This document shows, in pieces, positions 21,224 to 30,881 of a DNA stretch of 64,000 nt (the first letter of the stretch is position 1; each line of letters begins with the position of its first letter). The translations under genes and the position numbers were made by a program. The notes beneath the pieces were generated by a model. The model searched no databases. It was not told the DNA's origin and saw only the letters and a program-made list of their open reading frames with translations. This stretch comes from a virus. The stretch lies in IMG/VR virus record IMGVR_UViG_3300040751_002535; one strand, written 5' to 3'.

Positions 21224-21847
21224 GTGAATAAATCTGATATCAAAAAAGCAATTATTAGAAGTCAACATTGTCAACGTAACTGGGATTTAAGTAAAACTAT
21301 TCCAGATGAGGATATCGAGGTTATTAGAACAGCCGTTGCCGATTGTCCTAGTAAACAAAATGTAGCATATTACAAAGTTATATTTGTTACAGATAGAGAT
21401 AAGATTGAACGTATATATCAAACAACCAACGGTTTTATCTCTAACTTTCAAACAAATGAAACTGTCACAAACAGTCAGGTATTAGCAAATTTATTGGTCG
21501 TATTTGCTGAATCAAACGAAGAACCAAAAGAAAATATTTTTGGAGATGTATTTGTTCCAAGCAAGGATTTAGAAAAGCCTGAAGACTTGCTCAAAGACAA
21601 ACACATGGCAGTGGGTATTGCAGCAGGATATGCAAATATTACAGCAAGTATGCTAGGTTATAGCACAGGTTGTTGCGCATGTTTTGATCCTGCACAAGTT
21701 GCAGAAATATTAGATATTGATACACATGTACATTTGTTGATGGGTATAGGATTCAAAGACGAAACTCGTCCACGACGTGAACATCACGCAGAGGATTTTG
21801 TTTTTCCCACCAAGAAGAAACAAAAAATACAAGTGGATAAATGCTAA
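21224..21847 (+). CDS. nitroreductase family protein
   Basis: RSQHCQRNWD, CPSKQN, LGYSTGCC, LLMGIG; follows CTAAATA late-type motif. Confidence 0.8.
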   Translation: MNKSDIKKAIIRSQHCQRNWDLSKTIPDEDIEVIRTAVADCPSKQNVAYYKVIFVTDRDKIERIYQTTNGFISNFQTNETVTNSQVLANLLVVFAESNEEPKENIFGDVFVPSKDLEKPEDLLKDKHMAVGIAAGYANITASMLGYSTGCCACFDPAQVAEILDIDTHVHLLMGIGFKDETRPRREHHAEDFVFPTKKKQKIQVDKC

Positions 21848-22749
21848 ACGGTAGAATACTTAAAAACGAAAAAATACTAGTTCATGCATTACAATGGTAT
21901 ATCGGTCATAGTTGTAACTTAACTTGTACAAACTGTAGTAACTTTAATAACTTTGCTATTAGTGGACAAGAAAAGTTTAGTGACTTTGCAAGAGAAGCAC
22001 AGAGATGGAGTGAAAAACTTCATGTAAATGATTTTGGTATTATTGGTGGCGAACCTTTTACAAACAATGATTTAGATAACTGGGTTCACGGATTACGTGA
22101 TGTATTCACTTGTAGAGATTTTAGAGTGGTAACAAACGGGACTTTATTATCTAAACATGCAGATAAAATGAAAGCCTGGTTTGACAGAGGAGTTACTGTA
22201 GAACTTAGTTTTCATTCGCAGGATCATGTTCCTAAAGCATTTAAAATCATTGACGAAGTTCTAGATGGCAAATACGAAAAGTACAAGGTAACAAAAAACA
22301 ACTTTATCAAAGATCAAGCACGCCATGCTGGATGCTATTACGAAGAAGCTATTCTTGTAGGTGATCATCCAGCATTTATAATAAACTACAAAGACAAGTT
22401 TATGCCATGGGGTGTAAAAAGTATCGACAACGGTGTTTATAACTTTTATGAAAGTGATAGAGAGCAAGCACACACTGCATGTTGGCACAATGATTGTCCG
22501 TATATATACAAAGGTAAAATGTACAAATGCGGCACTGTTGTAGGAGCACAAGCGTTTGTTAAGAAATATCCTGTAAGAAAACAGGATAAAGATCTATATG
22601 AAAGCTATAAACCCATTGATGCATTTTCAAATACACTAGAAGAACAGGTATCTGCACTTTCAAATAGTGTACCACAATGTGTATTATGTCCTATTAACTC
22701 TGGTAGTGTAGAAAAGATTTCACTTGACAAAAAGAAAATTATGCCGTAG
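21841..22749 (+). CDS. radical SAM protein
   Basis: CNLTCTNC, GGEPF, VTNGTLL, C-terminal Cys cluster. Confidence 0.85.
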   Translation: MLNGRILKNEKILVHALQWYIGHSCNLTCTNCSNFNNFAISGQEKFSDFAREAQRWSEKLHVNDFGIIGGEPFTNNDLDNWVHGLRDVFTCRDFRVVTNGTLLSKHADKMKAWFDRGVTVELSFHSQDHVPKAFKIIDEVLDGKYEKYKVTKNNFIKDQARHAGCYYEEAILVGDHPAFIINYKDKFMPWGVKSIDNGVYNFYESDREQAHTACWHNDCPYIYKGKMYKCGTVVGAQAFVKKYPVRKQDKDLYESYKPIDAFSNTLEEQVSALSNSVPQCVLCPINSGSVEKISLDKKKIMP

Positions 22750-22752
22750 TAT
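22724..22752 (+). promoter_or_regulatory. sigma70-type promoter
   Basis: TTGACA-N17-TAGTAT. Confidence 0.7.
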
Positions 22753-22782
22753 AAAATATACAAAACAACAACGAGGCATATT

Positions 22783-23307
22783 ATGATTCACGCAATGATC
22801 GACTTAGAAACACTAGATGTAACTCCACAAGCAACTGTGCTTACAGTTGGCGGTGTAAAGTTTGATCCCAACAGTGATGCTGAACCGCACAGTGAGTTTT
22901 ACTACAAACTGGATCTAGACTCACAAGATCGTAGTGTAAATGATAGCACTATTGCTTGGTGGGGTCAGCAGGATCAAAAAGTACAAGACGAAGCATTTGG
23001 CACTGAAGGACGAGAGCACGTTGATGTGTTTTTAGATAGTTTGCCAAAGTGGATGGTAGGTGTAGATGTTCTTTGGGGACACGGATACGGTTTTGATATT
23101 ACTATTATTGAAGATATGTTGCGGCAGCGTGGCAAAGGTATTCCATGGCAGTTTTGGCAGGTGCGAGATAGTAGAACATTGTTCAGCATGGCAAAAGTAG
23201 ATCCACGCAAAGCAATGCAAAGTAACTTGCACAATGCACTGGCAGATGCATATTTCCAAGCAAAAGGTGTGCAAATGGTATACAAAGAGTTAGGAATACA
23301 GCGTTGA
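22783..23307 (+). CDS. DEDDh 3'-5' exonuclease (DexA/Rv2179c-like)
   Basis: MIDLETL, WGHGYGFD, RDSRT, HNALADA. Confidence 0.85.
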   Translation: MIHAMIDLETLDVTPQATVLTVGGVKFDPNSDAEPHSEFYYKLDLDSQDRSVNDSTIAWWGQQDQKVQDEAFGTEGREHVDVFLDSLPKWMVGVDVLWGHGYGFDITIIEDMLRQRGKGIPWQFWQVRDSRTLFSMAKVDPRKAMQSNLHNALADAYFQAKGVQMVYKELGIQR

Positions 23308-23468
23308 TACGATGGTATGATTATCCAGCAGCGTTTTTAGCCGCAGACTTAATGATGACTGCTGCATTTAGTATTCCCTGGATTGGATTCGTTGTTGCAT
23401 ATGCTATGTACGAATATGGCTGGGAAGCATATTGTAACTGGAGGCTCAAGCAAGAATATGGAAGATAG
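23304..23468 (+). CDS. small membrane protein (54 aa, TTG start, not in ORF track)
   Basis: overlaps both neighbours; hydrophobic core. Confidence 0.5.
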   Translation: MIRWYDYPAAFLAADLMMTAAFSIPWIGFVVAYAMYEYGWEAYCNWRLKQEYGR

Positions 23469-23736
23469 TCCTATAAACACACTGCAACAGCTGATGTGTA
23501 TTACCATGGAAGAGTGTGGAGAACTAACACAACGTTGTAGCAAGATAATGCGTAAATACGAATCTTTTGACTTGATTGAAGAAGCTCAACGTGTTAAACT
23601 AGTAGAAGAGATCGGCGATGTACATTGTATGATCGAACTAATGGTAGGACATGGCATTACAGACTGGCGTGAACTGCATGATCGTGCAGATGTAAAGAAA
23701 AACAAACTTAAAAAGTGGAGCACACTGATTAAATGA
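23458..23736 (+). CDS. MazG-like NTP-PPase
   Basis: MEECGEL...EEIGDV motif; GGAGG upstream of the Met at 23458. Confidence 0.75.
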   Translation: MEDSPINTLQQLMCITMEECGELTQRCSKIMRKYESFDLIEEAQRVKLVEEIGDVHCMIELMVGHGITDWRELHDRADVKKNKLKKWSTLIK

Positions 23737-24245
23737 AAGTGTATATAGGATCATATCCTAATCATAGGTTTTATCACAACTGGTTATACAACTGGTTTGG
23801 GTATTCACCTAAGCAACGAACAAGTATAAAGATCCACAAATACGATACGTGGAGTATGGATGATACTCTTGCTCCTATTATCTTGCCTATGCTTGTACAG
23901 CTAAGAGCTACAAAGAACGGCGCTCCTATGGTAGACATGAAAGATGTTCCAAAAGAACTACGTGCTACTAAAAAGCAACTGCACGCCGAGCAAGACGGTG
24001 AGGTAGATCCCAAGCACTTCGAACGTTGGGATTGGATCCTAGACGAAATGATTTGGGCGTTTGAACAAAAGTGCCGTGATGATTGGCAAGATGATTATTA
24101 TGGCGACTATGTTGAAGATCCAAAGAATGGACCGATGGCTGGTAGTTTTGAATGGATTGACCATGAAGGACGGAAAGTACATCAGGAAAGAATGAGCAAC
24201 GGCTTCCGTCTGTTCGGACGATACTACGAAAATTTATGGACGTAA
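23733..24245 (+). CDS. conserved-looking phage hypothetical protein
   Basis: DTWSMDDTLA...WDWILDEMIWAF...GFRLFGRYYENLW. Confidence 0.75.
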   Translation: MKVYIGSYPNHRFYHNWLYNWFGYSPKQRTSIKIHKYDTWSMDDTLAPIILPMLVQLRATKNGAPMVDMKDVPKELRATKKQLHAEQDGEVDPKHFERWDWILDEMIWAFEQKCRDDWQDDYYGDYVEDPKNGPMAGSFEWIDHEGRKVHQERMSNGFRLFGRYYENLWT

Positions 24246-24255
24246 AGAGGAAGAA

Positions 24256-24354
24256 ATGATAAGTAACAAAAAATATCTTAGACTTCAGCGTATTACATTA
24301 CCACTAGTGGGTATTTTAATGTTTGTTGGAACTATCTTTATGTTGATATCTTAA
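24256..24354 (+). CDS. 32 aa membrane peptide
   Basis: GAGG RBS; basic N-terminus plus hydrophobic helix. Confidence 0.4.
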   Translation: MISNKKYLRLQRITLPLVGILMFVGTIFMLIS

Positions 24355-24387
24355 CACGGAGTGAAAGACTATGAGTGAAGATCTTCT

Positions 24388-24459
24388 AAAGCAACTACGC
24401 AACGTATGAGCAACGGTTTTAAGTTGTTTGGGACTTACTTTGAGAACTTGTGGGACTGA
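24388..24459 (+). pseudogene. remnant duplicating the 3' end of ORF 23733-24245
   Basis: encodes MSNGFKLFGTYFENLWD versus MSNGFRLFGRYYENLWT. Confidence 0.7.
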
Positions 24460-24463
24460 TAGG

Positions 24464-24637
24464 ATGAAAAAACTTTGGAGACTGTGGGCAAAAAGCCTCG
24501 GTGAAAAAGTCGGAGAAACAGACAGCCAAGCAGACAGTGTGGCTGTTATTAGAACCATTTGGTGGTTGACACATATGGTAACTTGCTTTATGATTATTAT
24601 ACATAATGGCGCAAAATTAGGATGGTGGTTAAATTGA
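24464..24637 (+). CDS. small phage membrane protein
   Basis: MKKLWRLWAKSLGEK...ADSVAVIRT. Confidence 0.65.
   Translation: MKKLWRLWAKSLGEKVGETDSQADSVAVIRTIWWLTHMVTCFMIIIHNGAKLGWWLN
24566..24594 (+). promoter_or_regulatory. sigma70-type promoter for the clamp loader operon
   Basis: TTGACA-N17-TATGAT. Confidence 0.6.
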
Positions 24638-25548
24638 AAGAACTCTGGGTAGAAAAATATAGACCTAAAACAGTAGATGGGTATGTGTTTCGAGATGAAG
24701 CACAAAAAGCACAAGTAAACACTTGGATCAAAGACGCAAGCATTCCGCATTTGCTGTTTAGTGGCAATGCCGGAATTGGTAAAACAACACTTGCTAAACT
24801 GTTGTTCAACGAACTTGATGTAAATCCTCTTGATATTCTTGAGATCAACGCAAGTCGTACAAACAGCGTTGAAGATGTGCGAGACAAGATTGTTTCGTTT
24901 GTACAGATGATTCCATTTGGTGACTTTAAAGTTGTATTACTTGATGAGGCTGATTACTTGTCGCCAAACGCACAAGCAGCACTACGTGGTGTTATGGAAG
25001 AGTATCATACTACAGCACGTTTTATTCTAACATGCAACTATCCCAACAGAATCATTCCTGCGATTCACAGTCGTTGTCAAGGGTTTCATATCGCTAAAGT
25101 TGATCAAACAGAATTTACTGCCAGAGTTGCAACTATTCTTATCACAGAAGGTATTACTCCAGACTTGGACACATTGGACACTTATGTAAAAGCAACATAT
25201 CCAGACTTGCGCAAGTGTATCAACATGGTACAAATGAATTCAGTAGACGGCAAGTTGATATCACCACAAGAAGGCGACAGCGGCGAAGCTGACTGGAAAC
25301 TTGAAATGGTTGAACTGTTCAAAGCAGGCAAGATTCATGATGCAAGAAAACTGTTGTGCGGCGCGGTACGAGCAGAAGAAATGGAAGAGATTTATCGCTG
25401 GTTGTATGACAACATTGAGTTGTTCGGAACAGATGCTCAACAGGATCAAGCAGTGCTAATTATTAAGCAAGGGTTAGTTGATCATACACTAGTTGTAGAT
25501 CCAGAGATTAATCTTGCAGCAACACTTATTCGATTAGGAGCACTATGA
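24622..25548 (+). CDS. clamp loader AAA+ subunit (RFC small/T4 gp44-like)
   Basis: [26 protein letters not shown] motif. Confidence 0.92.
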   Translation: MVVKLKELWVEKYRPKTVDGYVFRDEAQKAQVNTWIKDASIPHLLFSGNAGIGKTTLAKLLFNELDVNPLDILEINASRTNSVEDVRDKIVSFVQMIPFGDFKVVLLDEADYLSPNAQAALRGVMEEYHTTARFILTCNYPNRIIPAIHSRCQGFHIAKVDQTEFTARVATILITEGITPDLDTLDTYVKATYPDLRKCINMVQMNSVDGKLISPQEGDSGEADWKLEMVELFKAGKIHDARKLLCGAVRAEEMEEIYRWLYDNIELFGTDAQQDQAVLIIKQGLVDHTLVVDPEINLAATLIRLGAL

Positions 25549-25886
25549 CTTACATTGTAAATGATGCATGTATTAAATGCAAACACATGGACTGTGTAGA
25601 AGTTTGTCCAGTAGATTGTTTTTACGAAGGTGAAAACATGTTGGTAATAAATCCGATTGAATGTATTGACTGTGGTGTTTGTGAGCCAGAATGTCCTGCA
25701 GATGCAATTCTTCCTGATACAGCACCTGGTGCAGCAGAGTGGGTTGACTTTAATCAAAAGTATGCAGACTTGTGGCCCGTGATTACAGAAATGCGTCCCG
25801 AAGACGTACCAGATGATGCAGAAGAATGGCACGGCGTAAAAAATAAAATGGAGCACTTTAGCGAGGCTCCGGGCAAAGGAGATTAA
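25545..25886 (+). CDS. fdxA: FdxA-type ferredoxin
   Basis: [17 protein letters not shown] and [12 protein letters not shown]; C-terminus resembles alphaproteobacterial FdxA. Confidence 0.92.
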   Translation: MTYIVNDACIKCKHMDCVEVCPVDCFYEGENMLVINPIECIDCGVCEPECPADAILPDTAPGAAEWVDFNQKYADLWPVITEMRPEDVPDDAEEWHGVKNKMEHFSEAPGKGD

Positions 25887-26075
25887 ATGTTTAGTAAACA
25901 ATGCAAAGCACACTTAGAAGAAGTAGAAATGACAGGGTGGCAGCATATGAAACACGCTCTTGGTATTGCATTTAAAATGCAACTTCTAGTACCTGTCATA
26001 ATCATACATAGTATTGCACCAAGATTTTTTAAAACTACTGCAACTGATACAATGAAACGGATAATCAATGATTAG
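25887..26075 (+). CDS. hypothetical protein
   Basis: HLEEVEMTGWQH...IIHSIAP. Confidence 0.65.
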   Translation: MFSKQCKAHLEEVEMTGWQHMKHALGIAFKMQLLVPVIIIHSIAPRFFKTTATDTMKRIIND

Positions 26076-26550
26076 AGCAATTTTAGCATGTGACGACAAC
26101 TGGGGAATCGGCAAAGACGGAACACTTCCGTGGCCACACAACCCAGCAGATCAGCAATGGTTTAAAGAATGTACTCTAAATAGTACAGTAGTTATGGGAA
26201 GAGCAACTTGGGATGATCCTGACATGCCCAAGCCTATGCCCAGACGACACAATGTTATTGTATCAAGCACCATGCGAGAAAACAGTCACGAGCGCATTGA
26301 AGTAGTACGTCCTGACATTTACAAGTCTCGTTGTGTTACTATGAACATGACAGATGATGTTTGGATCATTGGCGGCGCAAGATTGATTGCTGATAGCCTT
26401 GACATCATTGACGAGATTTGGCTTAGCCGTATTAGTGGCACATACGACTGCGATACATTCCTTCCTCGAGAATTGATTGAAACTACATTTAGTCTTGTTA
26501 GCAGCCAACGAGAAAACCATGTATATATAGATAAGTGGAGATCATATTGA
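26068..26550 (+). CDS. folA: dihydrofolate reductase
   Basis: GIGKDGTLPW, VVMGRATW, IIGGA, CDTFLP. Confidence 0.93.
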   Translation: MIRAILACDDNWGIGKDGTLPWPHNPADQQWFKECTLNSTVVMGRATWDDPDMPKPMPRRHNVIVSSTMRENSHERIEVVRPDIYKSRCVTMNMTDDVWIIGGARLIADSLDIIDEIWLSRISGTYDCDTFLPRELIETTFSLVSSQRENHVYIDKWRSY

Positions 26551-27413
26551 AACAGTATTTAGACGCATTAGAATATATTTTAGAGCACGGCAAAGATCGT
26601 AATGATAGGACAGGTGTAGGCACACGTGGTGTGTTTGGTTATCAAATGCGTTTTGATTTACGCAATGAGTTTCCTGCTGTCACTACAAAGAAACTTGCTT
26701 GGCGTAGTGTAGTAAGCGAACTACTATGGTTCTTAGAAGGTAGCAGTGACGAGCGCAGGCTGGCTGAAATTCATTATGGTAAGCCACGTGAAGAACTAGT
26801 AGACAAAACAACTATTTGGACTGCTAATGCAGACAATCAAGGTGCTACATTAGGATATATCAACAACGATACTACAAAAGATTTGGGTCCAGTATATGGA
26901 CACCAATGGCGCACCTGGGATGCACAACTTGGACATGTAGATCAAATTGCACAAGTGTTAGAAGGTCTTAAACACGATCCTGATAGTAGAAGGCACATTG
27001 TTTCTGCTTGGAACGCTGATCGTGTACCTGTAATGGCATTGCCACCTTGTCATACCATGTTCCAGTTTTACGTGCAGGACGGAGAACTAAGCTGTCAACT
27101 TTATCAGCGCAGTGCTGATATGTTCCTAGGTGTGCCTTTTAATATTGCAAGTTATAGTTTGCTGGTACACATGTTTGCACATCTCTTAGAATTAAAAGTA
27201 GGTGACTTTGTTTGGACTGGTGGCGATTGTCATATCTATCAAAATCACTTTGATCAAGTCAAAGAACAACTTACTCGTGAACCACGCAACGGACCAACAC
27301 TTCTGATGCCTAAGTTTAGCACATTAGAAGAACTTGTTAATACTAGTACAAATGATTATCAGTTATTAAACTACGATCCTATGCTTAGTATCAAAGCACC
27401 AATGGCAGTGTAA
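26547..27413 (+). CDS. thyA: thymidylate synthase
   Basis: DRTGVGT, ALPPCH, YQRSADMFLGVPFNIASY; TTG start after GGAG. Confidence 0.95.
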   Translation: MKQYLDALEYILEHGKDRNDRTGVGTRGVFGYQMRFDLRNEFPAVTTKKLAWRSVVSELLWFLEGSSDERRLAEIHYGKPREELVDKTTIWTANADNQGATLGYINNDTTKDLGPVYGHQWRTWDAQLGHVDQIAQVLEGLKHDPDSRRHIVSAWNADRVPVMALPPCHTMFQFYVQDGELSCQLYQRSADMFLGVPFNIASYSLLVHMFAHLLELKVGDFVWTGGDCHIYQNHFDQVKEQLTREPRNGPTLLMPKFSTLEELVNTSTNDYQLLNYDPMLSIKAPMAV

Positions 27414-27670
27414 TGCCGCCAACAGTTGAAATAGATATTGAATGGACTGAAAAGTATGCATGGTGGCCAACACGCAGCAGTTGGAGTAAAAAGCGTATCT
27501 GGTTGAAAACGTATTGGAAAGGCGAAATATTCTATGACGCTATGGGTCGTCCGCCTATTAAACAAAGTAGTTGGAAACTCACCTATACTGAAAATGAGTA
27601 CTTGTTGATGTTGTTAAGAGAGGATGCTAAAAATCAACATCCTCTCGGGTTTAAAAGTGTTAGAGTTTAA
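27413..27670 (+). CDS. hypothetical protein
   Basis: YAWWP...IWLK motif; TAATG coupling. Confidence 0.6.
   Translation: MPPTVEIDIEWTEKYAWWPTRSSWSKKRIWLKTYWKGEIFYDAMGRPPIKQSSWKLTYTENEYLLMLLREDAKNQHPLGFKSVRV
27618..27646 (-). terminator. hairpin at convergent junction
   Basis: GAGAGGATG...CATCCTCTC 9-bp inverted repeat just downstream of the phoH stop. Confidence 0.5.
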
Positions 27671-28404
27671 ACGTCTCCGTAAATCTCTAATACTTCTTTA
27701 ACTGCTTCATGTCTTTCGATGTCGCCTTTATGAAACACAACAGTACTAATACGTCTTGATGAGCTGTTTTCTAAATGGTTAACAAAGTCAAGTAATCCGT
27801 TATCTTTTAATCTATCTGCTTGAGCCAAATCACCTGTAACAACCATTTTTGATCCTGTGCCTATACGTGTTAACAACATTTTCATTTGGTTCGGTGTAGC
27901 ATTTTGCATTTCGTCTGCAATAATATAAGCATCTTTAAAAGTTCTTCCTCGCATATATGCAAGTGGTGATATTTCAATAACACCTTCTTTTATCATACCT
28001 TCAATTTCATTTGCATAAAAATGTTCTCTAAATACATCAAAAATAGGCCTAGTCCAAGGTGCCATTTTTTCTTCTAATGTACCTGGTAGAAAACCTAAAT
28101 CTTCATCAGCACTTACTGCCGGCCTTGTAACAACTATACGTTCTACTTCGCCATTTAAAAATGCTTTAACAGCACTCTGACATGCCAGAAGTGTTTTACC
28201 TGTACCAGCTGGACCAATACCAAAAACTATGTTTTTATCCGTATCCAGTAGTTCTAGGACGTATTCTTCTTGGTTGCGATTTCTTGGAAGTATATCAACA
28301 TTTCGTTGTTTTTTTGGAAGGAAAGTGTTTAGTTTAACAACATTATTAATGTTATTATTTGATTTAATGTGTGCTTGCCTTTTAGCGGCTCTAGCTTTAC
28401 CCAT
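27667..28404 (-). CDS. phoH: PhoH family ATPase
   Basis: GPAGTGKT, LGFLPG, AYMRGRT, DEMQN, GDLAQAD. Confidence 0.95.
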   Translation of the reverse strand: MGKARAAKRQAHIKSNNNINNVVKLNTFLPKKQRNVDILPRNRNQEEYVLELLDTDKNIVFGIGPAGTGKTLLACQSAVKAFLNGEVERIVVTRPAVSADEDLGFLPGTLEEKMAPWTRPIFDVFREHFYANEIEGMIKEGVIEISPLAYMRGRTFKDAYIIADEMQNATPNQMKMLLTRIGTGSKMVVTGDLAQADRLKDNGLLDFVNHLENSSSRRISTVVFHKGDIERHEAVKEVLEIYGDV

Positions 28405-28417
28405 GTAGTCCTCCTAT

Positions 28418-28472
28418 GAGTTAGAACAGGGGATGTTTCCTTTGCAGGAAACCTTCCCTGCACTCGTATTTA
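28418..28472 (-). promoter_or_regulatory. late promoter plus structured 5' leader of phoH
   Basis: TAAATA, then GUUUCCU-GCAA-AGGAAAC stem with outer helix, then AGGAGG RBS. Confidence 0.6.
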
Positions 28473-28561
28473 CTCTTTTTATGATTGTATTATATACGTA
28501 GTGAATTATTTTATTAACATTACTATAGGTGATAAATAGTTATAATAAAGCGAGGACAACA

Positions 28562-29137
28562 ATGCCTAATATATTAGACACTCTTGATGTGATAGAAAAT
28601 CTTAGTTCGATCTATGAAAACGATCGTGCGTTTGCAGTACTTAAAGACTTTGAAAGAGTCATTGATGAGTTAGGGTTGTATGTGTATGACAACTGGGAAG
28701 AAGGCGAACTAGCAGCTGGCCCAGAAATAGATCGTCACTGGGTCAAATGTAGTTTTATGTGGCCAAGAAAACGTATGCCTGACCCACAAGGTGGTAAGCG
28801 TTTGCTTGATTATGATTGTAAAATACAATATGAAAAATCAAGTATCATTAAACCACGTCAAATAAAAAAACCAGGAGATATTCGTCCTGGAACTAAAAAA
28901 GGTAAACTTGATAAAGTTCCAGTATGGTTAGTGCATATAACTATGCCTAAAAAACTAATCATTAGTATTTTTGGTGGAGATGTTGAAACTATCGATCTAC
29001 CAGATACTGAAAGTAAAAATGCAGCAGGTGCACCAGCACCAGCAGGTGGAGCAATGCCAGCACCAATAGCAGCACCAGCACCAGTAGGTGGAGCAGCACC
29101 AGCCGCTGTCGCTGCGCCAGCACCAGGAGCAGTATAA
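28562..29137 (+). CDS. hypothetical protein with Pro/Ala-rich tail
   Basis: ATAAATA at 28532 and GAGG RBS before ATG 28562. Confidence 0.75.
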   Translation: MPNILDTLDVIENLSSIYENDRAFAVLKDFERVIDELGLYVYDNWEEGELAAGPEIDRHWVKCSFMWPRKRMPDPQGGKRLLDYDCKIQYEKSSIIKPRQIKKPGDIRPGTKKGKLDKVPVWLVHITMPKKLIISIFGGDVETIDLPDTESKNAAGAPAPAGGAMPAPIAAPAPVGGAAPAAVAAPAPGAV

Positions 29138-29856
29138 TGGGATTAAGAGCCAACGATTTACACGACTTAGTAAAACCAGTTTTTGAAGTAGATAGTTTTC
29201 AAAGTAAAATGGGAACAGATGAGGATATTGTAGTAGTAAGTTTTAGTGTATTAGATGAACAAGCTGCAAAAGATCTTGTAGATTTTATTGAAAAAGGTTA
29301 TGGATTTGTATTAGATGCAGATGCAACACCTGGCGAAATTGAAAATAATGTTTATAAAGTATTTGTAGAAATGGAAAGAAATGCCAAAGTTCCTGCAAAT
29401 ATTTCAAACTTGTTAGACGGAGTTGGAAAATTAGCAGAAATCGAAAACTTTAGATTTCGCTATCATAAAAGTTTTACAAGTTACGAAGCAAATGTAACAA
29501 ATCTATCAGAAATGATACCAGCGGATCAATTTATCTACAACGATACTATTGTACAAGAAAATAATATGAATCACTTTAAAGACTTTTTTAGCAAGAGCTT
29601 TATGGAAAATATTGAAATATTTGGAGATGATTTAATTCTTAAAAGACCGTTTGGCGATGCTATTGGACTTACTATAAAAGATTTTAACACTACTCATTAT
29701 ATAAATAAAAATTTAACTGAAAAAATAAACATGAATGATTATGCAGAAATATTATTTTTAACTAAATATCTTGGTGATTACAATGTTACTAAATTTGGTA
29801 AAAATACACTAACGTTTGAAAACGAAGGACACACACTTGTCGTTGAAAGACTTTAA
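29137..29856 (+). CDS. hypothetical protein
   Basis: 239 aa, TAATG coupled. Confidence 0.75.
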   Translation: MGLRANDLHDLVKPVFEVDSFQSKMGTDEDIVVVSFSVLDEQAAKDLVDFIEKGYGFVLDADATPGEIENNVYKVFVEMERNAKVPANISNLLDGVGKLAEIENFRFRYHKSFTSYEANVTNLSEMIPADQFIYNDTIVQENNMNHFKDFFSKSFMENIEIFGDDLILKRPFGDAIGLTIKDFNTTHYINKNLTEKINMNDYAEILFLTKYLGDYNVTKFGKNTLTFENEGHTLVVERL

Positions 29857-30007
29857 TAAGAATCACTGCAACAACTGCGGACGTCCATCACATTGTGGCG
29901 TTCCATACTATCAAGACTTACAAGACTATAATCAGCCGCCAGTTACAACTAAAATATGTGACCATTGTAGATGCGGACGCTGTACTAATATAGAGGATAA
30001 CAAATAA
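29816..30007 (+). CDS. small Cys-rich Zn-binding protein
   Basis: CNNCGRPSHCG and CDHCRCGRC. Confidence 0.55.
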   Translation: MKTKDTHLSLKDFNKNHCNNCGRPSHCGVPYYQDLQDYNQPPVTTKICDHCRCGRCTNIEDNK

Positions 30008-30870
30008 TGGCTAAAGAAGATTTCGACTTTGATTTTGAGCCTTGGATGGCTGAAGAACTAATCCACAGAAGCGACTGGGAAGAATGGTATGAAGCTATGC
30101 TTGAAATACTTCCACTATGGGATGTAAACACAATACCAAGAGTTGCAGGATTTATTGCACAATGCGGACACGAATCAGGCGGTTTTAGGGTACTAAGTGA
30201 AAACTTAAACTATAGTGCTAAGGCACTCAACACAATCTTTCCAAAATATTTTAAACGTGCAGGAAGAGATGCAAATGAATATCATAGACAACCTGAAAAA
30301 ATTGCGAACGTTATTTACGCAAACAGAATGGACAACGGCGATACCGACAGTGGTGATGGCTGGAGATTTAGGGGCGGCGGCATTCTGCAACTTACCGGCA
30401 GATACAACTATACCGAGTTCGCCGAAGACGTAGAAATGACACCAGAAGAAGCAGTAGATTATGTGCGTACTAAAAAAGGTGCGTTGGATAGTGCTTGCTG
30501 GTTCTGGGATGAAAACAACATCAACAAACACTGCGATGCTATGGACATACTAAAAATGACCAAACGTATCAACGGCGGCACTATTGGACTGGAAGATCGT
30601 AAAAAGCATTGGGCACACGCATTAGATGTGCTAGGTGGCGATATGGAAATTGAACCGGAAGAAGAAAAAGAGTTAAACACAAATCAAACAATACGTCAAG
30701 GTTCACGTGGTCCATTAGTACAAGAAGTACAAGAAATACTGGGCATTGCACCAGCTGATGGCATCTTTGGACCAGGCACTGCTAGACTTGTCAAAGAATG
30801 GCAAGCAGCAAACGGCTTAGTTGCAGATGGTATTGTAGGACCAAACACGCTGGGAAAGTTATTAGGGTAG
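30007..30870 (+). CDS. endolysin, GH19 catalytic domain plus C-terminal peptidoglycan-binding domain
   Basis: FIAQCGHESGGF, ENLNYS, FRGGGILQLTGRYNY, TKRINGG; DGIFGPGT and ADGIVGPNT. Confidence 0.92.
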   Translation: MAKEDFDFDFEPWMAEELIHRSDWEEWYEAMLEILPLWDVNTIPRVAGFIAQCGHESGGFRVLSENLNYSAKALNTIFPKYFKRAGRDANEYHRQPEKIANVIYANRMDNGDTDSGDGWRFRGGGILQLTGRYNYTEFAEDVEMTPEEAVDYVRTKKGALDSACWFWDENNINKHCDAMDILKMTKRINGGTIGLEDRKKHWAHALDVLGGDMEIEPEEEKELNTNQTIRQGSRGPLVQEVQEILGIAPADGIFGPGTARLVKEWQAANGLVADGIVGPNTLGKLLG

Positions 30871-30881
30871 GTGGTATTGGT

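Noticed and set aside
21224-21847. BluB (B12 lower-ligand synthase) assignment for the nitroreductase
   Set aside because: Only generic nitroreductase motifs are recognisable; nearness to a B12 enzyme is not enough.
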